From positions 40,774-104,773 of the forward strand of contig JBFIHX010000005.1 in the NCBI GenBank assembly GCA_041601615.1: DNA of 64,000 nucleotides. Direction: 5' to 3'. Positions within the stretch are counted from its first letter, which is position 1. The number at the start of each line of letters is the position of its first letter. The stretch is from Thermoplasmatota archaeon (GTDB lineage: Archaea > Thermoplasmatota > E2 > JACPAO01 > JAHFTW01). The position numbers and the translations under genes were made by a program. Shown here one piece after another: positions 28,901 through 34,962 of this stretch. The notes under the pieces are model-generated. The model ran no database searches, had not been told where the DNA came from, and saw nothing but the letters and a program-made list of their open reading frames with translations.

Positions 28901-31045
28901 CTCGCCAGTGGCTTGTCCGAGCGTGGCCGTGGGGTCGTCGGCGCCGGGCGCTACTTTTTGGGTGGGGACTGCTGCGAGCCCGAGGGTGACGATGGCGATG
29001 TCGTCGAGTTCGTTGCCGTTCGTGTCGCGGGCTTTCGTGACGTCGGTTTCTCGCACTTGGACACGGAAGTGGGGGCCCGTGTGGTCGTCGACGAGTTCCA
29101 GGGCTTGCCCTTGTTCGTGCATGAACAGGCGCCATTGTTGTTCGGTGTTCAGGCTCCATTGCTCGGGTTGGGCATTGAGAGCGGCGACTACTTGGGGTCG
29201 GCCGACCACGACGTATTGCAAGAAGCCGGTGGCTTCGCCGAGCCAGGCGTCGTATGGCGAGAACTGGATCTGATCGCCTCGGGAAAAGACGCTTGGAAGG
29301 GGAGCCGGCGCTAGGTCGTCGGAGTCTAGGTAGCCAACGCCGCGGGTCCAGGGAGCGCTCTCCATGGGTTCGGCTCGCAGCGCTAAGACACCCATCAATT
29401 CCTGGGCGTGCCAGGGGCGGGAGGCGGTGTGTACGGATTGGCGCAGGGTCGCAAACGCCTGGGCCACGCGCAGGGAGGCGCCCATGCTGTTGTCCATCAT
29501 CGTGGCGGAGCGGTCCATGGAGGGGGCGCCCGTGACGGAAATAGCGCCGGCGGCGTCGGTGTAGTCGCTGTCGAAGGGGGACGGGGAGGCCACGAAGTCG
29601 ATGCCGGTGCCGTGGATGGCGGCGCGGCGTGAGGGGCCCAGGCAGCTATCGATGTTGGTTCCGGCGCGGTCTCCTGCGGCCACAGTGACCACACCAGGAA
29701 TGTCGTTGATGCCCACCATGGTCATGAATTGGCCGGGGATGGTGGCGCATTCGTCGGCTGGGGCGATGAAAGCGACTCCGGCGTCTCCGAGGTTGCGCAC
29801 CGCCTTTTGCAGGTCTTCATCGAATGCGAGGTCGGCCAGATACGATTCGACTAGGGCTCGCAATCCAGGGGAAAGTGAGTCTTTCTTGGCCTTCAGAACA
29901 TCAGCAAGATCCTTTTCATTGGTGCCGCCGAATTGGAATCCGGTGCGCCAGACTTCCTCCAGAACACTAGTGACTCCGAGTTGCGCAAGTTCGTCTTGGT
30001 TCTGCCAGGTGTTGGAGCTACGCGGGTCGCCTCGGGCGTCCAGCATCGGGGTGTCGGCAAAATGGAACGCGGGTCGCAGACTGTTTTGGACATTGGCCGG
30101 CAGGTGGATGCTGCTGGGGAGTCCCCAGATTGCAACTTGGACGCCGTTTTGGAAGGCGCTTTTTGCGCTCAATTCGGCGTAGTCGAGGCCATTGCGGATG
30201 GCGTCCCGCTCCAGGGCTCCGGTTTGTTGGTCGATGGCGCCCACGAATAGGACTTGGAATCCGGCCTCGGAGAGGCTCTTGGCCAAGGCGTGTCCTACGA
30301 ATGTCAGCGGTTCGCCGAGGGCGGTTTTGTCGCCGCGGGATGCGAGGAACGTGCCGAATCCGCTCTTGTAATGGGGTAGGTAGGGAAGGGATTCTGGGTT
30401 GGCTAGCGTGATGCCGGCAAGGTCGTCTTCGTCCAGGAAATCACCGAACAACAGCACAATGGGTCGATCCTGCACGGCGCCGGCAAGGTGCTCTAGGGTG
30501 TCTACGGCTGCGTCGACGGGCGCGCCTTGATCCCGGGTCGAGGCGGTGGGGATCCATTCGAAACCAGTGGGGTTCCAGGTACGCTCATCCACTTCCTGTT
30601 GAACCTGCGCAAGCGAGGGAGCTTCGACCCACAGGGGGGTCATGGCGCGGTCCGAGGAGCCGTCGTTCCAATGCACTTCCAGAGCGAGGTAGTGAAGGCC
30701 CGGTGGCGTCGCGGTCCATGCAGCAACTTGCCCGCCGGGAATAGCTTCGCCGTCCACCGTCCAAGCCAGGGAACTGACGGAGTCGGCGGGGGATGGGTTG
30801 GCGCGAGCCGAAAAAACGGTCCCTTCTAGCCCCCAGCTTCGATCCACCGTAAATCGAGCCACATGCGGATCGCTTGCCACGTCTGACGCGGAAGGGGCCA
30901 GGTATGGAGCGTCGGCGCGGGATCCGGGCTCTGCCCCGGGCGCTTGCGCGATGGTCACCGTGGCGAACATGGGTAACACCATGGTCAAAACCAGCATGAT
31001 CGCAAGATTGGTTGCGGCACTCGTTCGGGGGGCGTTGTACTTCAT
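16907..31045 (-). CDS. Giant extracellular protein (about 4,712 aa) with a right-handed parallel beta-helix, many Ig/Big-like repeats and a C-terminal LamG/concanavalin-like region
   Basis: Uninterrupted 14.1-kb ORF. Signal peptide at ATG 31045 (MKYNAPRTSAATNLAIMLVLTMVLPMFATVTIAQA). Beta-helix repeats (...VRVRHCAFADQTLGILATGSDVRIHNTLFDRMLRSAAILHDSHGLVRDNTV...). No obvious C-terminal TM or PGF-CTERM anchor. Confidence 0.85.
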   Translation of the reverse strand: MKYNAPRTSAATNLAIMLVLTMVLPMFATVTIAQAPGAEPGSRADAPYLAPSASDVASDPHVARFTVDRSWGLEGTVFSARANPSPADSVSSLAWTVDGEAIPGGQVAAWTATPPGLHYLALEVHWNDGSSDRAMTPLWVEAPSLAQVQQEVDERTWNPTGFEWIPTASTRDQGAPVDAAVDTLEHLAGAVQDRPIVLLFGDFLDEDDLAGITLANPESLPYLPHYKSGFGTFLASRGDKTALGEPLTFVGHALAKSLSEAGFQVLFVGAIDQQTGALERDAIRNGLDYAELSAKSAFQNGVQVAIWGLPSSIHLPANVQNSLRPAFHFADTPMLDARGDPRSSNTWQNQDELAQLGVTSVLEEVWRTGFQFGGTNEKDLADVLKAKKDSLSPGLRALVESYLADLAFDEDLQKAVRNLGDAGVAFIAPADECATIPGQFMTMVGINDIPGVVTVAAGDRAGTNIDSCLGPSRRAAIHGTGIDFVASPSPFDSDYTDAAGAISVTGAPSMDRSATMMDNSMGASLRVAQAFATLRQSVHTASRPWHAQELMGVLALRAEPMESAPWTRGVGYLDSDDLAPAPLPSVFSRGDQIQFSPYDAWLGEATGFLQYVVVGRPQVVAALNAQPEQWSLNTEQQWRLFMHEQGQALELVDDHTGPHFRVQVRETDVTKARDTNGNELDDIAIVTLGLAAVPTQKVAPGADDPTATLGQATGESNPPSPWLLPGMYAGDITISTPNAASLRLPLSISVGTALDVHRFVAPDTPVPGTAVCLATPLNLKDLHEVRSTMMEINDHNVCAHWADTDAAGIARFHASLPLSYDIVPFFSPYFEEKTKDVSTPDASVSGGATNTMGPRAYPQRPDSIALTAPRGDLWQLAIETPSVDWQELLTTGVNVDPSEYQEIPLPMFQIDPNNLRLPEVSYPLPLVDPRLPSQDTSETPELLPTYPLVYYGIERSYPLATAVHWRYLDNMEGDHFASIPASITPSTVASLHQLPNPLYGLYGTPIPGLDGGLQTASPDRLPLALGTAQDTLKGSTGNDPPTALFARPGQTALPMRTGPAADSCDLGAGHGASASTVRNLLYSGNSAAHIDALLAAGTTDGIPDQLVLRMEPSNAAVLGLQPTLPACSKMYTFNVPQPNEETVMTHEFDAHLEAAILVVCIEVTEAECRIIVPTSDGDGVYILEKKPTDLPRDVSDRMFEDRNSTPVATSGTTIPGLSDPALGDTVSLSRSGHVLMQSRQRSHDRDHGFITYTIIPFGLTSSGFLDPLLAHLASIDALSDIRFDGSSSIGQASALDLVREAAEDQMLPLAYAQLDRPALALDAWGYRDSFVHEPLADSQDLPRVDASDANLAGERWAAADAYLAPIHPNVDRARFARGIAYWDTETQTPDVDAMSSAGYAWIQPEFFEANVQVWDDDKILDTAPGRLEVRSADGAMLVASEACARDLPSNALRCLDVLEEGTGWTSKADGSGAYDPNLGSTIIRPRDTGFVDGTASGWQADWAKHLATPLFATATNYATAVAANPAVDANALEWFAPATVRVDRSYLSDMHQDTSFLLGTHHRTCEERHSDSQVPWNLESTPRWMTTCPWTSTGSNRWDQEIGTADTANDNLLWGSNNGGWTTLETGTNVTWTRDGVRCQTAPWETFTASTTASQRIAAIEAYYAARGATVHNVSAFQDPLPTGTNCGDTNGWHYQLEATMDFHGPRQALWNDMGRTVHPLWHPGTFAVDLDNWIACKGGRPVNGAACNTNHPIEQAWSALAGTNHATTYQDETGTHALVVDGKALAMTVFGLGKGTPMTYKLDGTTHTLTTRDDRLQHVATVPVDYDPDSWFSSSGTHSEFEAFYRTQWMSGADDAELLEALRDVVALFAKNVRDHLEANPYWTNVAGQKVPHPAAAADSFRFDAGDLSALGHMGHEGRSVGAKDAAITSSQIYGRWNPDHLVRDETGTVQTTKTTTADGETCWIDPSTDHDTAPHLEREISHTLPWNGGPAGTLHNETRNGATGATPPTRVGLWCTNEYGQTVPARTERETLPMRLADTPRSNTPITPFLASRSITPAAPGLGLQGFDVRPLIEQTLLEIAGAADSIPRTDLNPVPVTAIKITPLNSSSQETPLGASPILPLAHIEIDADLALAGLVLAHEYDLPTGTHAQFMAQQGTGPWQPLAARAAPGFAGDSEGSRLAFLDVTHLAPQFQLATQLVGDDWANATWNIHRIMPTPVTSNGDPIRVAAYQGDLSTAPFLSDLTLTQLEFHTGPILLDQDLVIPAGDERTFTGVDFVASDCGGRTCTLQVQGILHLINATLAPAAGLNGFPVHVTGTLQGTGVRAQGLAAGIEVRGGTLDLADCWIVRPGHLGILAAHATVRVRHCAFADQTLGILATGSDVRIHNTLFDRMLRSAAILHDSHGLVRDNTVTEARQSGFSVTGLSGASDMLLWNNRITDTAVGIALEAVEDRIQTPNPFTPTTPAAARDRVQENTINAATTIRTGTFANPTQGNNTLLAALTAPGTSGGQTQALSHNGTPWQPTDIAALAATIAADGMIPASDVDLAAPADANVRLDIHTAATVQQVRLQGTFYNTSVDLPEATTLDALITALQALNTTDRTGLLGTPGRIATVEVQNPNGEATHNFQFTTGTESRVLWTVTHVDTGSGWQEAPAEQTKAASIHNTLQWPLVTQYAYLVRDLTFDTLDDLLVTAQNRSAATLHPGNLAGLPHTLLPDGTLAVHGNTSLIALGTDLEPGIRYEFATRTSTGQIDNQGLSSERLVKLPDVPEGVTIHIQGRAVDPTGTTGPWTGSRILVDRTRPVLELNAGCLSGSDAGIYYRSYDPRGNWGTDPAYRASGIAELQVLATGAISNQTYPLLNPTFNDQQNLWTLPPEAYVDGESYSIQGHIIDHAGHAAIASIQNVVVDTSGPRLLGLGSTEGLLPDPNSTTPSYLGTKDLAPDGSLQVQFLVDDRPIDAERTHNCGIEEATLEYRVSGAGIWRPLDHQSPTIGTATTVLTGTINSTVVQSVLGRHLEFRVWAKDRAGHQTENTTGRIIVDTEAPLPLNIHAGDFLCLGPNNNQPIEWGAKDWKPSGSASAYEPSGIKQARLIMVHLNRTMEVLATIHHTANELNLESHQFDALTRDQIAKTFLVVDAQDRAGNGMQYTPAYLQGLGATHFEALRQASYKIHFDNDAPQIRVNSNFNYGVGLWENYPNTHIPLPTNGQLPNKDLAFLYDLVEPAETCFVDQFRIHISDEGNYNQLANHTQNINDWSHAMQVKVPLLPSLVGNITAHIQVWDQANNTATKTVNLGDPDPNPPLLSPTLGPQGVCYRSGYGQFGYAMSDNQSPHYLNLREREQGLGGIWSLAQNNTIVDWSGDFPRIAAFHTPSGASRDVFYALRGADTAGNIATTNNSWGRASIDADAPELEWLQPTTTGFFDPTNGLQAQWQATDAALLHCNGVVSGSIHLTSPLGTTTAWNGSLSDTGLGAQAPPGEPFTLSHAELATYEGMPITFNGTVVDHAGWSTEQTIGPFIPDDTAPVIDPLPTLPLYTGPNGFLLAWTPIDPIPGPGRAASGIASSHAIASNGDPIFGGQTQAESGQPLMPPTTRSGATVNVSVQAIDNVTHETTYNLGSVQTDFDVPGYELIPKTTICSGPQTGPINVTYSGWDTGSGLDDLRLLRVLSNLAVEPVHSTTEPHYAPEWSENATIDPWQWGEDIYLLLVDGYDMVQNGEHWTQVQLQNMPEEERNILLSGATLVVVDRRHPLGNPLPGLDGFFREVGNNIQAMGEAIGYRPIIAAGQLVSGGCEAITFELFLQTTDGSDTEPIQTQSGNQTLTIHETIHLNDTKYTRFHGQEVQLVLHGQDGAGHTWTNHSSAFVIDLVAPAIQDPPSLPALIGAAGINQTWTALDDQGAVDTGITWNAIELRPDANSTPLITAGPGTLLDIPAELENQALQAYVRVLDGAANELEIYLGQVEGDRTAPLLDANSINYESGTVGIDYTLAERNPSHILVQRTSTSGTSNETWTHASRYEDTTPPTNELATYTLCPVDQAGNPGTCQVLEIFVNAELPSIGLLSPSFAGTTRLGSGDLGLPVSGHVASVSTPGTTIWSSETDPGVFTLALEITPPHPDATMDIQATSRLGPISFTSVGSNRYEATIDLDEDQQEEVTLLVTANNGRSTAWRHSFHFAKDGIQPQVAQMQPQGNAHNYYNGYGPDGTSQKLGYTYGGSLHTPLAAHSALLTVTQWSNPGTNPGSTEFLALEGDEGDIAHLRYASNTLTLTVGNQSIAIGNITLKSQWYRFDLIAADGRMEAFLDETYLGSLPLSGPIRLESTRVQSASAMWTAPKVSLLDSDLRNLLEDQPILGGDGWQPIGQGTLQDTNTLGTAGGPTYLSIQPDSGHTLAAKSPPVDLPSSSHLTFRIKAKPAIEDPVFTVRNDDGDMMVRARVRYSTLEVEEGNGNWTILSSVDSRWHRFDIFIRHGHALIQRDQLSSVWVPLHADGPAATVEAGGGANTVDIDRLRIDMDTSRHDHTFVQPLTAFGWSETGSGLKTYAGSGFLGNGYLQVTGATSPGGRTYASFPTTGLGSKYTVEAAFAIGDSLNKPEHQAILSGLKSDDAPRWAVTLGPSQEIDCDAGDWRVHLYNGNTRISEGGVCLKNEKEWHFVRVEVTSTSVAVTLDDDTNSTFTSSITTGSDKRIGVGDVFPSPDAGRSGRGVGWYDDVVAFKRQ

Positions 31046-31140
31046 GGGGACACCGGCCAAGAAACGCCCACCGGGGGCCCGACGCCGCGCATGCGCGATG
31101 GTCGAGACCAGAAGGCTACCGCAACATCCGGGGATGCTAC

Positions 31141-31190
31141 TTATCCCTTCGTTAGATAATTAGGGAACAGGTCATAAAGTTTATCAAAAA
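31141..31190. promoter_or_regulatory. AT-rich patch in the 490-bp intergenic region between the giant-protein gene and fusA; candidate TATA/BRE promoter region
   Basis: ttagataattagggaacaggtcataaagtttatcaaaaacc stands out against the GC-rich background. Confidence 0.2.
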
Positions 31191-31553
31191 CCGGCCGAGA
31201 ACACTGGAAACAAGTTGGTGAAATCGGGTACATCGCAATGGAACCTCGATCTAATTCATGCAGCCCACAAACAACCAATGTTCTACCCCAAGCGCCCCCA
31301 CGGGGCCAGTTTCCTCCAAGAAAACGCCCTCGCCGACTCCATCGTGCGGAAGGCCGCTCGCCCCGCAATTCCGCCACGCGCAACATGGGCCGGCCCGAGA
31401 GCAAAACCGGCCAAAATTGGACGCGATTGGCTCATTTTGGGTATGCGGCCGTACCCATACCCTTTTGCCCCTCTTCGACTCCGCGAACCAAGACCGAGCC
31501 CGGGCCAGGCCCCTCCTGGCACCGTGCCGTAATCGACTCTCGTAGGTGACCCG

Positions 31554-33755
31554 ATGGGACGCAAGGAAGACAACATCAAGAAGGCCACCGAGATCATGCA
31601 CAATCTCGACGGCATCCGCAACATCGCCATCGCGGCGCACATCGACCACGGCAAGACGACGTTCTCCGACAACCTGCTGGCTGGCGCCGGCATGATGTCG
31701 GCGGACCTTGCTGGTGAACAGCGAGCCCTCGACTTCGACGAAGAAGAGCAAGCCCGCGGCATCACCATCAACTCCGCGTCCGCCTCGATGGTGCACACCT
31801 ACGAAGGCAATGACTACCTCATCAACCTCATCGACACCCCCGGTCACGTTGACTTTGGTGGCGACGTAACCCGCGCCATGCGCGCCGTCGACGGCTGCAT
31901 CATCCTGGTGTGCGCCGTGGAAGGCCCCATGCCGCAAACCGAGACCGTGGTGCGCCAGGCCCTTCGTGAGAAGGTCCAGCCGACCCTCTTCATCAACAAG
32001 GTTGACCGCCTCATCAACGAGCTGAAGGTCACGCCTGCCCAGATGCAAGAGCGCTTCGTCAAGCACATCAACAAAGTCAACCAGCTCATCAACGCCAACC
32101 TCCCGAAGGAATTCAAGGGCAAGTGGGGCGTTCGCATCGAGGACGGCACCGTCATGTTCGGCAGTGCCTACCACAACTGGGGCATGTCCGTTCCCTACAT
32201 GCAAAAGCACAAGATCGGCTTCGCCCGCATCTTCGAACTTTGCCACGCCAACGACGAGAAGCAACTCGCCAAGGAATGCCCCATCGCCGATGTTGTACTG
32301 GACACCGTGGTTCGCTCCCTGCCGAGCCCCAAGGTCGCCCAAGAATACCGCATCCGCCACATCTGGCACGGCGACCAAGACAGCACCGCAGGCATCGACA
32401 TGCGCGAAGCCAAGAGCAAGGGTGTCACGACCTTCATGGTCACCAAGATCATGATGGACCCCCACGCTGGTGAAATCGCCGTCGGCCGCCTCTTCTCCGG
32501 CGCCCTGACCCGCGGAGACGAACTGTTCATCGCCGGTACCAAGACCAAGAACCGCGTCCAGCAAGTCGGCATGATGATCGGCGCCGACCGTGTGGCCGTC
32601 GACAAGATCACCGCCGGCAACATCGCCGCCGTCACCGGCCTGCGCGATGCCATGGCCGGTATGACCCTCACCAGCGACACCGAGATGGAGCCCTTCGAGC
32701 GCATCATCCACGTCAGTGACCCCGTCGTCACCGTCGCTGTGGAAGCCAAGAACATGCGCGACTTGCCCAAGCTCGTCGACACCCTGCGCAGTGTAGCCAA
32801 GGGTGATCCCAGCCTGGTCCTTTCGATCAACCAGGAAACTGGCGAGAACCTGATGAGTGGCATGGGTGAACTCCACTTGGAAATCATTCAGCACCGCATC
32901 GAGCGCGACTACAAACTGGAGATCATCTGCTCCACGCCCATCGTCGTGTACCGAGAGAGTGTCTCCGCTACCAGCCCATACCCCTTCGAAGGCAAGTCCC
33001 CCAACCGCCACAACCGGTTCTACATCACCGCCGAACCCCTAGACGAGGCGATTGTCAAGGGCCTGCACGACAACACCATCCCGAGCGAAGCCAAGAAGCA
33101 CGCCAAGGAAATCGAGTCGATCATGTACAACGAGTACGGCTGGGAGAAGGACATGGCCAAGAAGGTCAAGGCCATCGACGGCACCTGCATGCTCGTGGAC
33201 GCCACCAAGGGTATCCAGTACCTGCACGAGACCTTCGAACTGATCACGGAAGGCTGGAAGGAAGTCATCAAGGCCGGCCCCCGCGCCGGCGAACCGGTCC
33301 AAGGCGTCCTGTTCAAGCTGACCGACGCCAAGCTCCACGAGGACGCTGTCCACCGCGGCCCCGCGCAAGTGATTCCCGCCGTGCGCAACGCCACCTACGG
33401 CGCCATGACCACGGCCAAGTCCATCCTGATCGAACCCATGCAGAAGGCGGTCGTCACGACCCCCGACGACGTCATGGGCAACGCCACGCGCGAGTTCCAG
33501 AGCCGCCGCGGCCTCATCCAGGACATGCAACAGGAGGGTGATTCCACCACCATCACGGCCAAGACCCCGGTCGCCGAGATGTTCGGATTCGCCGGCGCCA
33601 TCCGCTCCGCAACGGGCGGCCGCGCCATCTGGTCCACGGAAAACCTAGGCTTCGAAGTGCTCGACATGGCCCTTCAGGACAAGGTCACGCGCCAAATCCG
33701 CGAACGCAAGGGCCTCAAGCCCGACCCGTACCCGCCTGAGTATTACGCTGAGTGA
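31554..33755 (+). CDS. fusA: Elongation factor 2 (aEF-2)
   Basis: GTP-binding motifs AHIDHGKTT, DTPGHVDF, NKVD. Full-length 733 aa archaeal EF-2. Confidence 0.95.
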   Translation: MGRKEDNIKKATEIMHNLDGIRNIAIAAHIDHGKTTFSDNLLAGAGMMSADLAGEQRALDFDEEEQARGITINSASASMVHTYEGNDYLINLIDTPGHVDFGGDVTRAMRAVDGCIILVCAVEGPMPQTETVVRQALREKVQPTLFINKVDRLINELKVTPAQMQERFVKHINKVNQLINANLPKEFKGKWGVRIEDGTVMFGSAYHNWGMSVPYMQKHKIGFARIFELCHANDEKQLAKECPIADVVLDTVVRSLPSPKVAQEYRIRHIWHGDQDSTAGIDMREAKSKGVTTFMVTKIMMDPHAGEIAVGRLFSGALTRGDELFIAGTKTKNRVQQVGMMIGADRVAVDKITAGNIAAVTGLRDAMAGMTLTSDTEMEPFERIIHVSDPVVTVAVEAKNMRDLPKLVDTLRSVAKGDPSLVLSINQETGENLMSGMGELHLEIIQHRIERDYKLEIICSTPIVVYRESVSATSPYPFEGKSPNRHNRFYITAEPLDEAIVKGLHDNTIPSEAKKHAKEIESIMYNEYGWEKDMAKKVKAIDGTCMLVDATKGIQYLHETFELITEGWKEVIKAGPRAGEPVQGVLFKLTDAKLHEDAVHRGPAQVIPAVRNATYGAMTTAKSILIEPMQKAVVTTPDDVMGNATREFQSRRGLIQDMQQEGDSTTITAKTPVAEMFGFAGAIRSATGGRAIWSTENLGFEVLDMALQDKVTRQIRERKGLKPDPYPPEYYAE

Positions 33756-33786
33756 GGGCGCAGCCCGAACGGGTGTAATACTCAGG
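33735..33786 (+). terminator. 12-bp stem hairpin formed by the fusA 3' end (cctgagtattac) and a downstream complement (gtaatactcagg)
   Basis: Arms at 33735-33746 and 33775-33786 are exactly complementary, with the loop containing the stop codon. Confidence 0.35.
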
Positions 33787-33829
33787 AGCGAGGCCCTCGG
33801 GCCGAGCGTCGCTGCGGCCCACTTGTGGG

Positions 33830-33859
33830 CCGTATGCGCCTGAGTATTACGCTGGGTAG
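33830..33859 (+). repeat. Echo copy of the fusA 3' end (encodes PYAPEYYAG*), about 75 nt after the true stop
   Basis: Real end ccgtacccgcctgagtattacgctgagtga versus echo ccgtatgcgcctgagtattacgctgggtag. The echo could also pair with the 33775-33786 arm. Confidence 0.55.
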
Positions 33860-33900
33860 GCGAATTCGCGGCCCTGGGCGGCGGAATTGGACCGCCTCGA

Positions 33901-33947
33901 CCCACCCTTTTTCCTCCCTCTCCTCCCCCGCTCCTTCCCCCTTCGTT
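33901..33947 (+). terminator. C/T-rich tract between the fusA echo and aIF2-alpha
   Basis: cccaccctttttcctccctctcctcccccgctccttcccccttcgtt. Confidence 0.2.
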
Positions 33948-33974
33948 TATGACCAACCTGTCACTCGCCGAATC

Positions 33975-34775
33975 GTGGCGAAGCTGACAGAATTCCCGGA
34001 AGAGGGCGAACTGGTCGTCGGGACCGTGACGAAGGTCCAGAACTTCGGGGCGTTCATTGCACTGGAAGAATACCCGGGCAAGGAAGGCTTCGTTCACATT
34101 CGCGAAGTCGCCAGCGGCTGGGTCAAGCGCATCCGTGACTTCGTTCGCGAGCAGCAGCGCGTGGTCTGCAAGGTCCACGGCGTCAACTCCAAGAAAGGCC
34201 ACGTCGACCTTTCCCTGAAGTCCGTCAACGACCACCAGCGCCGCGAAACCATCCAGCGCTGGAAGAACGAACAGAAGGCAGACAAATTGCTCGAGATGTT
34301 CGCCGAGCGCATCGGCAAACCCGTCGAAGAAATCAGCGACCTCGTCGCCCGCCCCCTCCTCGACGTCTGGGAAAACCTGTACGATGCCTTCACCGAGGCC
34401 GCCGAATACGGCCACCAAGTGTTCATCGATGAGAAAATCGAAGCCGACTGGTCCGAGGAATTCGTCGCATTTGCCGCCGAAAACATCCAGGCCCAATTCG
34501 TCGAAGTACACGGCTTCGTGGACGTCCACAGCACCGCCCCCGACGGCGTCAAGGCCGTTCAAAAGGCGCTCACCGACGCGGAGAAATCCGAATTCGACGA
34601 CGTCATCATCAAAGTCACCTACAAGGGCGCTCCCCTGTACCGCATCGACGTACAGGCTCCCGACTTCAAAATCGGAGAAGAGCAACTCAAGAAGGCAGCC
34701 GACCGCGCGATTGCCATCATGACGAAGGCAGGCGGCACCGGCAGCTACCGCCGGGAACTCGAGGAGGACAAGTAG
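33975..34775 (+). CDS. eif2a: Translation initiation factor 2 alpha subunit (aIF2-alpha)
   Basis: S1 domain (EEGELVVGTVTKVQNFGAFIALEEYPGKEGFVHIREVASGW) plus a helical domain. Start unresolved: the frame is open back to an ATG at 33825, but its first 50 codons look non-coding. GTG at 33975 gives the canonical (M)AKLTEFPEEGE N-terminus. Confidence 0.85.
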   Translation: MAKLTEFPEEGELVVGTVTKVQNFGAFIALEEYPGKEGFVHIREVASGWVKRIRDFVREQQRVVCKVHGVNSKKGHVDLSLKSVNDHQRRETIQRWKNEQKADKLLEMFAERIGKPVEEISDLVARPLLDVWENLYDAFTEAAEYGHQVFIDEKIEADWSEEFVAFAAENIQAQFVEVHGFVDVHSTAPDGVKAVQKALTDAEKSEFDDVIIKVTYKGAPLYRIDVQAPDFKIGEEQLKKAADRAIAIMTKAGGTGSYRRELEEDK

Positions 34776-34954
34776 TGGCGCATGTCCTCCTGAAGCGCTG
34801 CTCTTCGTGCCGAGACTACACGCTCCAGGAAACCTGCCCCCACTGTGGCGCCCGCGCCGACCCCAACCGGCCCGCCAAGTTCAGCCCCGAAGACCACCAC
34901 GGTGCGTACCGTCGCAAGCTGAAGATCCTCACGCGCGACGAAAACAAGGACTAG
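34775..34954 (+). CDS. nop10: H/ACA snoRNP protein Nop10
   Basis: 59 aa zinc-ribbon protein (CSSC...CPHCG) at the conserved position after aIF2-alpha. GTG start overlaps the aIF2-alpha TAG. Confidence 0.7.
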   Translation: MAHVLLKRCSSCRDYTLQETCPHCGARADPNRPAKFSPEDHHGAYRRKLKILTRDENKD

Positions 34955-34962
34955 GGGTGACC

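Noticed and set aside
31251-33011. 586-aa minus-strand ORF
   Set aside because: It is antisense to the well-conserved aEF-2 gene, and its Gly/Val/Asp-rich composition is characteristic of an antisense frame.
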